Positions 39,303 to 49,603 of a stretch of 64,000 nucleotides of DNA are shown here, piece after piece. Made by a program: the position numbers and the translations under genes. How positions within the stretch are numbered: the first letter of the stretch is position 1; each line of letters opens with the position of its first letter. Source of the stretch: an uncultured Oribacterium sp. (lineage in GTDB: Bacteria > Bacillota > Clostridia > Lachnospirales > Lachnospiraceae); the NCBI GenBank assembly GCA_963545355.1, contig CAUUIW010000005.1:7913-71912 (forward strand). The letters are read 5' to 3'. Below the pieces are notes generated by a model. That model searched no databases. It was not told where the DNA came from and saw only the letters and a list, made by a program, of their open reading frames with translations.

Positions 39303-40478
39303 GTGTGCTTGGATATCATCATTGCAGTTCTTTGTCTGTCCTTTCTGATTTTCTTCCATGAGCTGGGACATTTTCTTTTTGCCAAGCTGTTCCATGTCGG
39401 GGTACTGGAGTTCTCCATCGGGATGGGACCGAGGGTTTTTTCCGGGATATGGCGAAATACGAGATACAGCGTAAAGCTTTTCCCTTTCGGAGGCTCCTGC
39501 GCGATGCTAGGAGAGGACAGTGCCGGTTCCGGTGACTTCCTTGTCGCCGGCAAAGAGGAGAAGGACGACTATTATGATTTTGAGGGAGTGCAGTATCAGA
39601 AGGAAGAGCTGGACAGCTATGATTTTGAGAAAAAAGCGGCATGGCAGCGCTTCCTGATCTGCTTTGGCGGCGTTTTCCATAACTTCCTTCTGGGACTGCT
39701 GCTGGCGTTTCTCGTGGTGGGAATCTCCGGATTTGACCGCCCTTATATCGAAAGTGCCGCAGCGGAAAGTCCGGCGAGGGAATCCGGGCTTCAGGAGGGG
39801 GATCTTATCACTGCTTTTCAGCTGGACCGGGGGAAAAAACATGCAGTGCTTTCCTTTCGGGATATCCAGCTCTACCTGGGAACACATCCCGGCAGCATAC
39901 GGGAGGGAAGTCGTATCCATATCTGGTTTCAGAGGGACGGAGAGAAGCGGGAAACGGAGTTCTCTGGCTATCGGGATCCCGCCTCTGGAAGCTTCCGTAT
40001 GGGACTCAGCTTTCATGCGGATTTTCGGAAGCCGGAGAATGCCGGAGCGCTAGTACAGGAAGCCTTTCATGAGGTCGTCTATAATATACGTGCCGTGGCA
40101 TACAGTCTTCGCATGATTCTGCATCGTCAGATCAGCTCCAGAGAGGTCACGGGCCCTGTGGGAACTGTGGTGGTAATGTCCTCCGTGGTGAAGCAGAGCG
40201 ACGGACTCAGGCCTGTCGTAAAGCTGATTGTCATTATGCAGCTCATGCTGCTTCTTACGGTGAATCTCGCGGTGATGAATCTGCTGCCTATCCCGGCACT
40301 GGATGGCGGAAGACTTCTCTTCCTTCTGCTGGAAATGCTCACAAGGCGGAGACTTCCGAAGAAGCTGGAAGAAAATATTAACCGGGGAGGCATGATACTG
40401 CTTCTCCTTCTGATGGCGGTGATTCTTTTTAATGATCTGCACAATCTTTTTACCGGAGCTTATCAGAGACTCGGCTGA
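39303..40478 (+). CDS. rseP: RIP metalloprotease RseP (site-2 protease with PDZ domain)
   Basis: HELGH, EFSIGMGP, PDZ-like middle region and NLLPIPALDGG; start is GTG 39303 or TTG 39309. Confidence 0.93.
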   Translation: MCLDIIIAVLCLSFLIFFHELGHFLFAKLFHVGVLEFSIGMGPRVFSGIWRNTRYSVKLFPFGGSCAMLGEDSAGSGDFLVAGKEEKDDYYDFEGVQYQKEELDSYDFEKKAAWQRFLICFGGVFHNFLLGLLLAFLVVGISGFDRPYIESAAAESPARESGLQEGDLITAFQLDRGKKHAVLSFRDIQLYLGTHPGSIREGSRIHIWFQRDGEKRETEFSGYRDPASGSFRMGLSFHADFRKPENAGALVQEAFHEVVYNIRAVAYSLRMILHRQISSREVTGPVGTVVVMSSVVKQSDGLRPVVKLIVIMQLMLLLTVNLAVMNLLPIPALDGGRLLFLLLEMLTRRRLPKKLEENINRGGMILLLLLMAVILFNDLHNLFTGAYQRLG

Positions 40479-40624
40479 AAAGCATGACCCGTCCTCACCA
40501 TGAGCACGGGAGCACACGCCGTGACGGAGAGAGGGCGGAGGAACAAGATACGCCCCGCCTGCGCACGGGCGCGTATCGTAGGACGGAAGTGTCAAAGGCG
40601 GAGATCCGGGGAAATCGAGGGAAT

Positions 40625-41686
40625 ATGACGACGAGAAGCAATACCAGAGAAATTCATATCGGGGACAGAGTGATCGGACACGGAAATCCTGTCTTGATCC
40701 AGTCGATGTGCAATACCAAGACGACAGATGTGAAGGGAACGGTTTCGCAGATTCAGCGGCTTCAAAAGGCAGGGTGTGATATCGTGCGTCTGACGGTTCC
40801 TGACAGGAAAGCGGCGGAGGGGTTCCGGCAGATTCGGAGGGAAGTTTCCCTGCCTCTCGTCGCGGATATTCACTTTGACTATAAAATGGCAATCGCAGCC
40901 ATGGAGGCCGGTGCAGATAAGATTCGCATCAATCCGGGGAATATCGGCGGCGAGGAGAAGCTCCGGGCTGTGGTGGACTGTGCCAGAGAACGAAATCTTC
41001 CGATTCGCGTAGGAGTCAACTCCGGCTCTCTCAAAAGAGAGATTCTTTCCCGGCATGGCGGGCACGTGACGGCGGAGGGCCTCGTGGAGTCCGCCATTGA
41101 CAAGGTCAGGATGATTGAGGAGATGGGATATCAGAATCTCGTGATCTCCATAAAGTCCAGCGATGTGCTGATGTGCCACAGGGCGCATCGGATGATTGCG
41201 GAACAGACGGATTATCCGATCCATGTGGGAATCACAGAGGCGGGAACCATGTGGTCCGGCAATATCAAGTCCGCGATCGGTCTGGGCCTTATTCTGAACG
41301 AGGGTATTGGCGATACTATCCGTGTGTCTCTTTCTGCGGATCCGGTGGAGGAAGTCAAGTCCGCAAAGCTGATCCTCCGGACGCTGGGGCTCCGGAAGCA
41401 GGGAGTGACGGTGGTTTCCTGCCCGACCTGCGGGCGGACCGACATTGACCTGATCGCACTTGCGAATGAGGTACAGACCATGGTGGAGCAGTACGAGGAC
41501 AAGGAGATCAAGGTAGCAGTCATGGGCTGCGTGGTGAACGGTCCGGGAGAGGCAAGAGAGGCGGATCTGGGGATTGCCGGAGGGCATGGAGAGGGGCTTT
41601 TGATGAAGCGTGGGGAAATTCTCCGGAAAGTTCCGGAGACGGAGCTTCTCAGTGCGCTGCGGGAGGAAATCGAAAAGCTGTCTTAG
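40625..41686 (+). CDS. ispG: HMBPP synthase (flavodoxin/ferredoxin)
   Basis: IQSM, PLVADIHF, RINPGN, GVNSGSL, SCPTCGR and MGCVVNGPGE; SD GAGG before ATG 40625. Confidence 0.97.
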   Translation: MTTRSNTREIHIGDRVIGHGNPVLIQSMCNTKTTDVKGTVSQIQRLQKAGCDIVRLTVPDRKAAEGFRQIRREVSLPLVADIHFDYKMAIAAMEAGADKIRINPGNIGGEEKLRAVVDCARERNLPIRVGVNSGSLKREILSRHGGHVTAEGLVESAIDKVRMIEEMGYQNLVISIKSSDVLMCHRAHRMIAEQTDYPIHVGITEAGTMWSGNIKSAIGLGLILNEGIGDTIRVSLSADPVEEVKSAKLILRTLGLRKQGVTVVSCPTCGRTDIDLIALANEVQTMVEQYEDKEIKVAVMGCVVNGPGEAREADLGIAGGHGEGLLMKRGEILRKVPETELLSALREEIEKLS

Positions 41687-41707
41687 AAAGGGCATGGAGG
41701 CGCAGGA

Positions 41708-44700
41708 ATGAAGAAATTTTTTGAAGTATTTCGGGATCTTCAGGTCAATAGCACACTGGAGCAGCTTTTTTCCGATGTGCTGGTGAGCCGTGTGCAGATC
41801 AATAAAGATCATTCCTGGATACAGATTCATATCCGTGCCACGCATCTGATTGAGAAGGAAGCCATCCGCCAGATGGAAGAGGAGATACGGAAAAAACTTT
41901 TTTCAAAGAGGCTTCGGGTGCGCCTCATTGAGCATTTCAGACTGTCCGGGCAGTACAATGCCAAATCTCTCTACGGAGTCTATCAGCGTTCCATCCTGCA
42001 GGAGCTGAAGGATTTTGATATCCTTCTGTTTCAGATGCTGAACACGGCAAAGGTGGCGTTCCCGGACGAGGAAACGATGGATCTCACGATTCCTTCACGG
42101 CATCTCTATGCTTCGAAGGATGCCCTGCTTCGAAAGATCCTCAGCAAGCTTTTCGTGGAACGATGCAATGTCCCCTTTTCTCTGGAAATTCGCTATGAGG
42201 AAGTGGAAAATGTGAGAAAAACAGAGGAACCCGCGGACTTGCCTCCGAAGAAAAAGGAGAATGCGGTACTTTTAAAGGGAGAGGATCCCTTTTCGACGGA
42301 AGCAGGGACCGTTTCCAGGGGAAGTCGGAACAGCTCTTCCGGAAGAAAGAGGAATACGGAGCGGGGGCAGGCAGAGACTCTTTCGAAGATGCCGGAGAAA
42401 TCCCGTCCCTTAAAAGCCATCGGTGTAGACGGCGGAGGCTTCAAGAAGAAAAGATTTGCCTTCCGGCGTTCGGAAAACGAGGACGTGCTGTACGGTCGTG
42501 ACTTCGAGGGTGAAGTGCAGAGAATCGCCGATATGCAGGAGAGTACGGGACGCGCGATACTGGGAGGACAGATTCTGACCGTCGATGAAATAGAAACCAA
42601 AAACGGAAAGTTTATCTTCCGCTTCAGCTTTACGGATTTCAGCGACTCTATCATGAGCAAGATCTTTGTCGATCCGGAGGATGTCGAACAGGCGAGAGAG
42701 TTTCTTTACCCGAAGAACATGATTCTTCTGTCTGGCACCATCGAATATGACAGCTTTGACCGGGAGCTGGAGCTGAGCCACATCCAGGGAATACGGAAAT
42801 ATCGTCTGGATCGAAAGAAACGGGAGGATCACGCGAAGGAAAAACGTGTGGAGCTTCATCTGCATACCAAAATGTCCGATATGGACGGCGTCAGCGATGT
42901 TGCGGACTATATCGATGCTGCCATCTCCTTTGGCATGGATGCCATGGCGATTACGGATCACGGTGTCGTACAGGCGTTTCCGGACGCCTCGCATCATCTT
43001 TCGGATATCCGACGAAAGGATTTCAAGCTTCTTTTCGGCTGTGAAATCTATCTTGTGGATGATTTGAGCACCGTAGCGGTGAATCCGCAGCAGCAGGAGC
43101 TTTCACATGAGACAGTGGTATTCGATATCGAGACCACCGGCTTCAGCAACCAGAGCGACCATATTATCGAGATCGGTGCCGTCAAGCTCCGTGACAACGA
43201 GATTGTGGATTCGATGGATGTTTTTGTGAATCCCGGAGTTCCGATTCCCTTCCGGATTACACAGCTGACCAGCATCACGGATGATATGGTGATGAACGCG
43301 CAGAGCATCTCTGAAGTGCTTCCCGCGTTTCTGGAATTTTGCGGGGATGCGGTGATTGTCGCACACAACGCCGAGTTTGATACCGGCTTTATCCGGGAAG
43401 CGGCAAAGCGCCTTGCTCTCCCGTATCATCCGACCATTGTGGATACGGTGGGGCTTTCAAGACTGCTTCTCCCGAGGCTGAGCCGTTATAAGCTGGATAC
43501 CGTGGCAAGGGAGCTGAAGGTTTCTCTGGAGCATCATCACCGGGCGGTAGACGATGCAAGATGTACTGCGGAGATTTACCGGAAGGAAGTGGAGATGCTC
43601 AGGGCACGGGGTGTCCGGCTTATATCCGAGATCGACTCTCTGGACTATGACCATGCGGCGCAGGTGCGGAAGCTTCAGCCCCGCCACTGCATTGTGCTTT
43701 GTAAAAATGACCTCGGAAGAATCAATCTCTACCGTATGATTTCGGAGTCTCATTTAAAGTATTTTAAAAAGAGTCCCCGGATTCCGAAGTCCCTGCTCAG
43801 GCAGTACAGGGAGGGGCTGATCCTCGGGAGCGCCTGTGTGGCAGGGGAGCTGTTTCAGGCAATGATCCGCGGTGCAGAGGAGGAGCAGCTCTTAGCTATC
43901 GCGTCCTTTTATGATTATCTGGAGATCCAGCCGCTCGGAAACAATGCCTTCATGCTCACGAGCGACAGGTATCCTGCCAAAACGGAGGAGGATCTCATCC
44001 GGTACAACAAGCATATCATTGCTCTCGCCGATCAGCTGGGAAAGCCGGTCTGCGCTACCTGCGACTGCCATTATTTAAATCCGGAGGATGATATCTACCG
44101 GAAGATCATACAGGCAGGAAGAGGCTTTGAGGAAGGGGAGAGTGAGGCAAAGCTTTATTTCCGTACGACGGAGGAAATGCTTGAGGAATTTCCTTATCTT
44201 TCCTCCGACAGATGCAAGGAGATCGTCATTGACAACCCGCGGAAAATCGCGGATATGTGCGAGTATATCGAGCCGGTACGCCCGGACAAGTGCCCGCCTG
44301 TCATCGAAAACTCCGACCGGACTCTCCGGGAGATCTGTTATGAGACCGCCCACAGACTGTACGGTCCGGAGCTTCCGAAAATCGTGAGGGACAGACTGGA
44401 AAAGGAGCTCAGCTCCATTATCAGTAACGGATACTCTGTCATGTACATCATTGCCCAGAAGCTCGTGGACAAGTCCATGGAGGATGGCTATCTTGTGGGC
44501 TCGAGAGGCTCTGTCGGCTCCTCCTTTGTCGCAACGATGGCGCATATCACCGAGGTCAATCCGCTCTCTCCGCACTATGTCTGCCCGAACTGCTACTGGT
44601 CGGATTTTGATTCGGAGGAGGTAAAGAAGTATTCCGGTATGGCAGGCTGCGATATGCCGAAGAGGATCTGTCCGAAATGCGGCACAATGACGAACCGCTA

Positions 44701-46213
44701 CGGCTTTGATATCCCCTTTGAAACCTTCCTCGGCTTTGAGGGAGACAAGGAGCCGGATATCGACCTGAACTTTTCCGGGGAATACCAGGCGAAGGCACAT
44801 GCCTATACCGGGGTGATCTTCGGGGAGAAGCATACTTTCAAGGCGGGGACCATCGGTACGCTTGCGGATAAAACAGCGTACGGCATGGTGAAGAAGTATT
44901 ATGAGGAAAGGGGAATCGAGAAGCGTCCAGCAGAGATTAACCGTCTCGTCCAGGGCTGTGTCGGCGTCAGACGTACGACCGGGCAGCATCCGGGCGGTAT
45001 TGTGGTTCTGCCGCACGGCGAGGAGATTCACAGCTTTACGCCGGTGCAGCATCCTGCCAATGACAATGATTCCCCCATCATTACCACCCACTTCGATTAT
45101 CATAAAATCGACCATAACCTCCTGAAGCTCGATATCCTGGGGCACGACGATCCGACCATGATCAGGAAGCTGCAGGATCTGACCGGGATAGATCCGGTCA
45201 GGGATATCCCTCTCGACTGCCCGGAGGTCATGAGTCTCTTTCAGTCGACCGAGGTTCTCGGCATCCGGCCGGAGGATATCCAGGGAGTGAAGCTGGGCTG
45301 TCTCGGCATCCCGGAGTTCGGCACCAGCTTTGCGATGCAAATGGTCGAGGATACGAAACCGAAGTATTTCTCCGACCTGATTCGAATCTCCGGACTGTCC
45401 CATGGCACAGATGTTTATCTGAACAATGCGCAGGATCTGATCCGCGACGGCGTCACCACACTGCAGTCGGCAATCTGCTGCCGTGATGATATCATGGTCT
45501 ATCTGATTCACATGGGGCTGGAGCCGGGGCTTGCCTTCAATATTATGGAGAAGGTGCGGAAGGGCATCGTCGCGAAGGGGAAGCTCGGGGAGAAATGGGA
45601 TCAGTGGAAGGAGGAAATGAAGAAACACGGCGTCGAGGACTGGTACATCGGCTCCTGCGAAAAAATCAAGTATATGTTCCCGAAGGCGCATGCCGCTGCT
45701 TACGTCATGATGGCATGGCGTGTCGCCTACTGCAAGGTGTTCTATCCCCGGGAATACTATACCGCCTACTACAGTATCCGCGCGGACGGCTTTGATTATG
45801 ACAAGATGTGTAACGGCATAGAGCAGCTCCGCTATCATATCCGGGAGTACCAGAATCTCCCTCATCCGACGGCGACAGAGAAAAACTGCCTCCGGGACAT
45901 GAAGATCTGTGAGGAGATGTATGCCCGCGGCATCGAATTTGCGCCGATCGACATCTATAAGGCGAAGGCGTCAGACTTCCAGATGACGGAGGACGGCAGA
46001 ATCATGCCGAGCTTTTCCTGCATGGCGGGACTCGGAGAGGCGGTTGCCCTCGGCATTGAAGAGGGGGCGAAGTCCGGCGGCTTCCTGTCCAAGGATGATT
46101 TTATCAACCGTACCCACTGTCCGAAGGGCTTTGCCGAGAAATTCGCGGAGCTGGGGCTTCTCGGAGATATTCCGGAGTCCAATCAGATGTCGGTATTTGA
46201 TTTTTTCCGGTAA
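41708..46213 (+). CDS. polC: DNA polymerase III PolC-type
   Basis: OB fold, PHP domain (ELHLHT, AITDH), exonuclease (FDIETTG, AHNAEFD, HHRA), polymerase motifs GSRGSVGSS, PDIDLNFS and YMFPKAHA. Confidence 0.98.
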   Translation: MKKFFEVFRDLQVNSTLEQLFSDVLVSRVQINKDHSWIQIHIRATHLIEKEAIRQMEEEIRKKLFSKRLRVRLIEHFRLSGQYNAKSLYGVYQRSILQELKDFDILLFQMLNTAKVAFPDEETMDLTIPSRHLYASKDALLRKILSKLFVERCNVPFSLEIRYEEVENVRKTEEPADLPPKKKENAVLLKGEDPFSTEAGTVSRGSRNSSSGRKRNTERGQAETLSKMPEKSRPLKAIGVDGGGFKKKRFAFRRSENEDVLYGRDFEGEVQRIADMQESTGRAILGGQILTVDEIETKNGKFIFRFSFTDFSDSIMSKIFVDPEDVEQAREFLYPKNMILLSGTIEYDSFDRELELSHIQGIRKYRLDRKKREDHAKEKRVELHLHTKMSDMDGVSDVADYIDAAISFGMDAMAITDHGVVQAFPDASHHLSDIRRKDFKLLFGCEIYLVDDLSTVAVNPQQQELSHETVVFDIETTGFSNQSDHIIEIGAVKLRDNEIVDSMDVFVNPGVPIPFRITQLTSITDDMVMNAQSISEVLPAFLEFCGDAVIVAHNAEFDTGFIREAAKRLALPYHPTIVDTVGLSRLLLPRLSRYKLDTVARELKVSLEHHHRAVDDARCTAEIYRKEVEMLRARGVRLISEIDSLDYDHAAQVRKLQPRHCIVLCKNDLGRINLYRMISESHLKYFKKSPRIPKSLLRQYREGLILGSACVAGELFQAMIRGAEEEQLLAIASFYDYLEIQPLGNNAFMLTSDRYPAKTEEDLIRYNKHIIALADQLGKPVCATCDCHYLNPEDDIYRKIIQAGRGFEEGESEAKLYFRTTEEMLEEFPYLSSDRCKEIVIDNPRKIADMCEYIEPVRPDKCPPVIENSDRTLREICYETAHRLYGPELPKIVRDRLEKELSSIISNGYSVMYIIAQKLVDKSMEDGYLVGSRGSVGSSFVATMAHITEVNPLSPHYVCPNCYWSDFDSEEVKKYSGMAGCDMPKRICPKCGTMTNRYGFDIPFETFLGFEGDKEPDIDLNFSGEYQAKAHAYTGVIFGEKHTFKAGTIGTLADKTAYGMVKKYYEERGIEKRPAEINRLVQGCVGVRRTTGQHPGGIVVLPHGEEIHSFTPVQHPANDNDSPIITTHFDYHKIDHNLLKLDILGHDDPTMIRKLQDLTGIDPVRDIPLDCPEVMSLFQSTEVLGIRPEDIQGVKLGCLGIPEFGTSFAMQMVEDTKPKYFSDLIRISGLSHGTDVYLNNAQDLIRDGVTTLQSAICCRDDIMVYLIHMGLEPGLAFNIMEKVRKGIVAKGKLGEKWDQWKEEMKKHGVEDWYIGSCEKIKYMFPKAHAAAYVMMAWRVAYCKVFYPREYYTAYYSIRADGFDYDKMCNGIEQLRYHIREYQNLPHPTATEKNCLRDMKICEEMYARGIEFAPIDIYKAKASDFQMTEDGRIMPSFSCMAGLGEAVALGIEEGAKSGGFLSKDDFINRTHCPKGFAEKFAELGLLGDIPESNQMSVFDFFR

Positions 46214-46243
46214 ATTCCTTCGTCTTTCGTTGATTTCTGCGCG

Positions 46244-46272
46244 TTGAAGTATTACAGTTTAACTTGTAAAAT
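46244..46272 (+). promoter_or_regulatory. sigmaA promoter upstream of tyrA
   Basis: TTGAAG, 17 nt spacer, TAAAAT. Confidence 0.6.
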
Positions 46273-46421
46273 AATCCCGTGTTTTCGCTCGGACCTGGTC
46301 CGGGTGTCTGCACGGGGAACAGGGTATCCCGCCGTCAGGAGGGTCCCTGAGCTTTAACACGGAGACTTTTCAAACGCCTCGGCAGGACAGAACAGAAAGC
46401 CGGGAAGCAAAGGAGAAGATT

Positions 46422-47516
46422 ATGGAAAACGCAGGATTCATCGGATTTGGACTGATTGGCGGCTCCATTGCAAAGGGACTCAGAAAAAAGTATTCGGAGC
46501 TTCGCATCATGGCATATGCCACCAATCTTTCCAGCGTAGAGATGGCACAGGAGGACGGGATCGTAAATCTCGCTCTGGACAGCGCGGTTTCTCCGCGTCT
46601 TTCCGAATGTGACATCATTTTCCTCTGTGCTCCGGCAGAGGAAAACATCCGTTATCTTTCCCGAATCGCACCGCTTCTGAAGGAGGGAGCCGTGCTGACG
46701 GATGTCAGCTCTACCAAGGAGAAGATTGCGGAGGAAGCAAGGAGGCTTCATCTCGGAAACTGCTTTATCGGCGGACATCCGATGGCAGGCTCGGAGCAGT
46801 GCGGCTACAGTGCCAGCACGGACTATCTTTTTTCCAATGCCTACTATCTGATTACTCCGATCGAAGAGGGACAGGAGAGACTGATTACGGTTCTCCGGGA
46901 TGTCGCCGAGGCTCTTCAGGCGATTCCGATGCTCAGCACACCGGAGAATCACGACCGCGCTGTCGCCGCAGTTTCCCATCTGCCCCATCTTATCGCGAGC
47001 TCTCTCGTAAATCTGGTAGAGGATAATGATGACAGCGACAAAACCATGCGGATGATTGCTGCCGGGGGCTTCCGGGATATCACGAGAATCGCAAGCTCCA
47101 GCCCGGAGATGTGGGAGCAGATCTGCGAAACCAATGCGGATTTTCTTTCCGAGATTCTGGACAAGTATATCGCGGAGCTTCAGGGGATTTCCCGATCTTT
47201 AAAGAAGGAGAAGGGCGATCGCAGCATCTTTCACATGTTTGAGAAGTCCTGTGCATACCGTTCTACGATTGACGTGAAAAACCGCGGCGCATTGGCGCCG
47301 GACTACAGCTTTTCCGTCGATATCGAGGATGAGGTAGGAGCCATTTCCACGATTTCGGTGATTCTCGCGTCCAAGGGGATCAGCATCAAGAATATCGGCA
47401 TTAACAATGCGAGAGACCATGGTGAGGGAGCGCTTCGCATCTCTTTCTATGAGGAGGAAGCCAGGGAGAAGGCACTTTCTGTATTGCGGAAGTACCGCTA
47501 TGATTTAAGAGACTGA
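46422..47516 (+). CDS. tyrA: Prephenate dehydrogenase with C-terminal ACT domain
   Basis: GFGLIGGS, TDVSSTK, GGHPMAGSE, SHLPH and GGFRDITRIAS; ACT-like C-terminus. Confidence 0.94.
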   Translation: MENAGFIGFGLIGGSIAKGLRKKYSELRIMAYATNLSSVEMAQEDGIVNLALDSAVSPRLSECDIIFLCAPAEENIRYLSRIAPLLKEGAVLTDVSSTKEKIAEEARRLHLGNCFIGGHPMAGSEQCGYSASTDYLFSNAYYLITPIEEGQERLITVLRDVAEALQAIPMLSTPENHDRAVAAVSHLPHLIASSLVNLVEDNDDSDKTMRMIAAGGFRDITRIASSSPEMWEQICETNADFLSEILDKYIAELQGISRSLKKEKGDRSIFHMFEKSCAYRSTIDVKNRGALAPDYSFSVDIEDEVGAISTISVILASKGISIKNIGINNARDHGEGALRISFYEEEAREKALSVLRKYRYDLRD

Positions 47517-47690
47517 GAAAACACTGATTCCACATTCCTGCACATTACTTTAAGAGAAATTCAATTTTTAAATAAATGATATATGATATAATAATGTTAT
47601 GAAATATGATGACACAGGCGGAAGAGATCCCCTGCCATCATCTGAGAGGAAACGGCAGCGCTGTCTGCGATGCCGGAAAAGGGAGGAACG

Positions 47691-49595
47691 ATGGAAAACG
47701 ATAAGCTCGAAACAGGACTGCCGGAGGGCATGCCGGAGGATACGGCAAAAGCTGTGAAAGAGGAAGTGTCTGCGGGCTCCGAAACCGCAGACAACGTGGA
47801 TAAGGCAGGACAGATGGCAGCCCCGGATGCCGTAAATACAGCTTCTGAAACGGCAGAAGAACCCCGGGATGCTGCTTCAGAAAAAACAGCATCCGCGGAG
47901 ACAGAGAAGGATATGACCGCAGAGGCAACCATCTCCTCGGTGCAGAATACGGTATCGAGTACAGCGGGAGAGGCTTCAGCAAGAAAGAATAAATCGCCGC
48001 TCATGATTGTGGCTGTACTGGCGGTTCTCGCGGTTGTTGCAGTGCTTGCCTGTATCGTATTCGGCTTTGGCGGAAGGGGCTTCCAGCTTCGTTTTTCCTC
48101 CCCGGAATCCAACTTTCAGAGGATCTCGGAGGAAGAGCTGCAGAAGGGAGCCGGTGGTCTTGCCAGAATCACGGACGAGATCAAAGCACAGGGAAAGCTT
48201 GCCGGGAATTCCGAATCCGACGGAAGCTATACCCTGACATTTTCCGACAACGGAAAAACCCTTGTAAAAAGCATGACGGGGATGGATATTTCCTGGTTCA
48301 GCAGTGTGAAGATGGGGCTTAACATGCTGATGAACAAGGGGAAGATTGATGCGAAGTATGCCGTTGATCTCAATGACAACAACATTCTCAATATGAATGT
48401 CTTTCTGGGTGACAATGAAGCGGCAGTGGATGTGCCGGAGCTTTTCAAGCAGCCGCTGGGTCTCGATGAAGAGAAGCTGAAGCTTGCCTTCGGCGGACAG
48501 AGCTTCAGCGCATATATGCAGAACCTGATATCCAGCTATGAGAATCTGCCGGAGGGCAAGGTTTATGGCAATCTTTATGAGAAGTACGGAAAGATTGTGT
48601 TAGGCTCCTATCAGTCTGTCATGAAATCGGAGGGACAGGTCAGTGCAGGGGAGATCTCTCAGAAGGGCATCACCTTTACGGCACATTATGATGCAGAGGC
48701 AATCCGCAAGATGTCGGAGAAGCTTCGGGATACGATGAAGGAGGATACGGAGTTAAAGGAAGCCATCATTCAGTCCTATGACGCATTTTCCTGGTACTTC
48801 CAATCTCTTCGGAACCTCCAGGGCAATCCGAGCTTTTATGATAACGAAGAGATGATTCCCAAGGACGGAGCGGCACTGTATGAGCAGTTCCTGAAGGGAC
48901 TGGACGAGGCCGGCATGGATGTTGCGGAAGGCTCGGAGATGGACATTCTTTACAAGGTGGATGAGAAGGGCAATCTGATCGGCGGCGGCATCCGTCTCAA
49001 AGGGGGAGAGGAAGATCTTCTTCTCTTTGATCACAGCGCGCCGAAGCAGGGGAACAAGCACGGACTCAGCTATCAGCTGGAGGGCAGCGATGAAAAGTAC
49101 ACGCTCCAGGGCGTGGCAACGGTTTCCGGCAATGAGATCAGCGGAGACTATGTTCTGATGCGGGGAGAGGACACTCTCCTGAACATCAGACTTGAGGATG
49201 TTGTTCTTCTGAAGCAGCTGATGGGAAAGAGCTCGGGAAGCATTACCGTTTCTCCGACAGCCGGTGCAGACTCGGCAGGACTCGGACTTTCCGGCTATAG
49301 CCTCAAGCTGCAGTTTGACAGTGACAGCGCAAAGGACAGCTCCAAGGGCAGCTACGCGCTGAGCCTTCTGAATGATAATGGAGAACTGGTAAGGCTGGAC
49401 TTTGATGCGACAGTTAAGCCGCATCAGGAAGAGCTGACAAATCCCTATCCGGAGGCAAAGAAGGCGGAGGATGTGGATGCTTTGATCGACAAGGACAAGA
49501 TTGACAGCTTTATTCAGAAACTGAAGGACAGCGGAGTGCCGGAGAATTATACTTCCTCTCTGTACTTTGCATTGATGCTGATGAGCTCCGACTAA
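47691..49595 (+). CDS. Hypothetical single-pass membrane protein (acidic low-complexity N-terminus, large predicted extracellular domain)
   Basis: 634 aa ORF with GGGAGG SD; about 100 aa A/E/T/S-rich N-terminus, then TM segment LMIVAVLAVLAVVAVLACIVF. Confidence 0.8.
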   Translation: MENDKLETGLPEGMPEDTAKAVKEEVSAGSETADNVDKAGQMAAPDAVNTASETAEEPRDAASEKTASAETEKDMTAEATISSVQNTVSSTAGEASARKNKSPLMIVAVLAVLAVVAVLACIVFGFGGRGFQLRFSSPESNFQRISEEELQKGAGGLARITDEIKAQGKLAGNSESDGSYTLTFSDNGKTLVKSMTGMDISWFSSVKMGLNMLMNKGKIDAKYAVDLNDNNILNMNVFLGDNEAAVDVPELFKQPLGLDEEKLKLAFGGQSFSAYMQNLISSYENLPEGKVYGNLYEKYGKIVLGSYQSVMKSEGQVSAGEISQKGITFTAHYDAEAIRKMSEKLRDTMKEDTELKEAIIQSYDAFSWYFQSLRNLQGNPSFYDNEEMIPKDGAALYEQFLKGLDEAGMDVAEGSEMDILYKVDEKGNLIGGGIRLKGGEEDLLLFDHSAPKQGNKHGLSYQLEGSDEKYTLQGVATVSGNEISGDYVLMRGEDTLLNIRLEDVVLLKQLMGKSSGSITVSPTAGADSAGLGLSGYSLKLQFDSDSAKDSSKGSYALSLLNDNGELVRLDFDATVKPHQEELTNPYPEAKKAEDVDALIDKDKIDSFIQKLKDSGVPENYTSSLYFALMLMSSD

Positions 49596-49603
49596 AAGTA
49601 TTC

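Noticed and set aside
40484..40624. N-terminal extensions in the ORF track for ispG, and also cdsA, smc, yitT, oppA, plsX and LysR
   Set aside because: Downstream starts have better SD or coupling and match the family N-termini; the extensions are just open upstream frames
41708..46213. Intein or extra domain in the 1501 aa PolC
   Set aside because: No intein terminal or LAGLIDADG motifs seen; the length is explained by the normal domains plus a low-complexity linker
46273..46421. T-box, SRP RNA or 6S RNA upstream of tyrA
   Set aside because: No T-box antiterminator consensus, no SRP helix 8 motif, and too short for 6S; kept only as an unknown structured RNA
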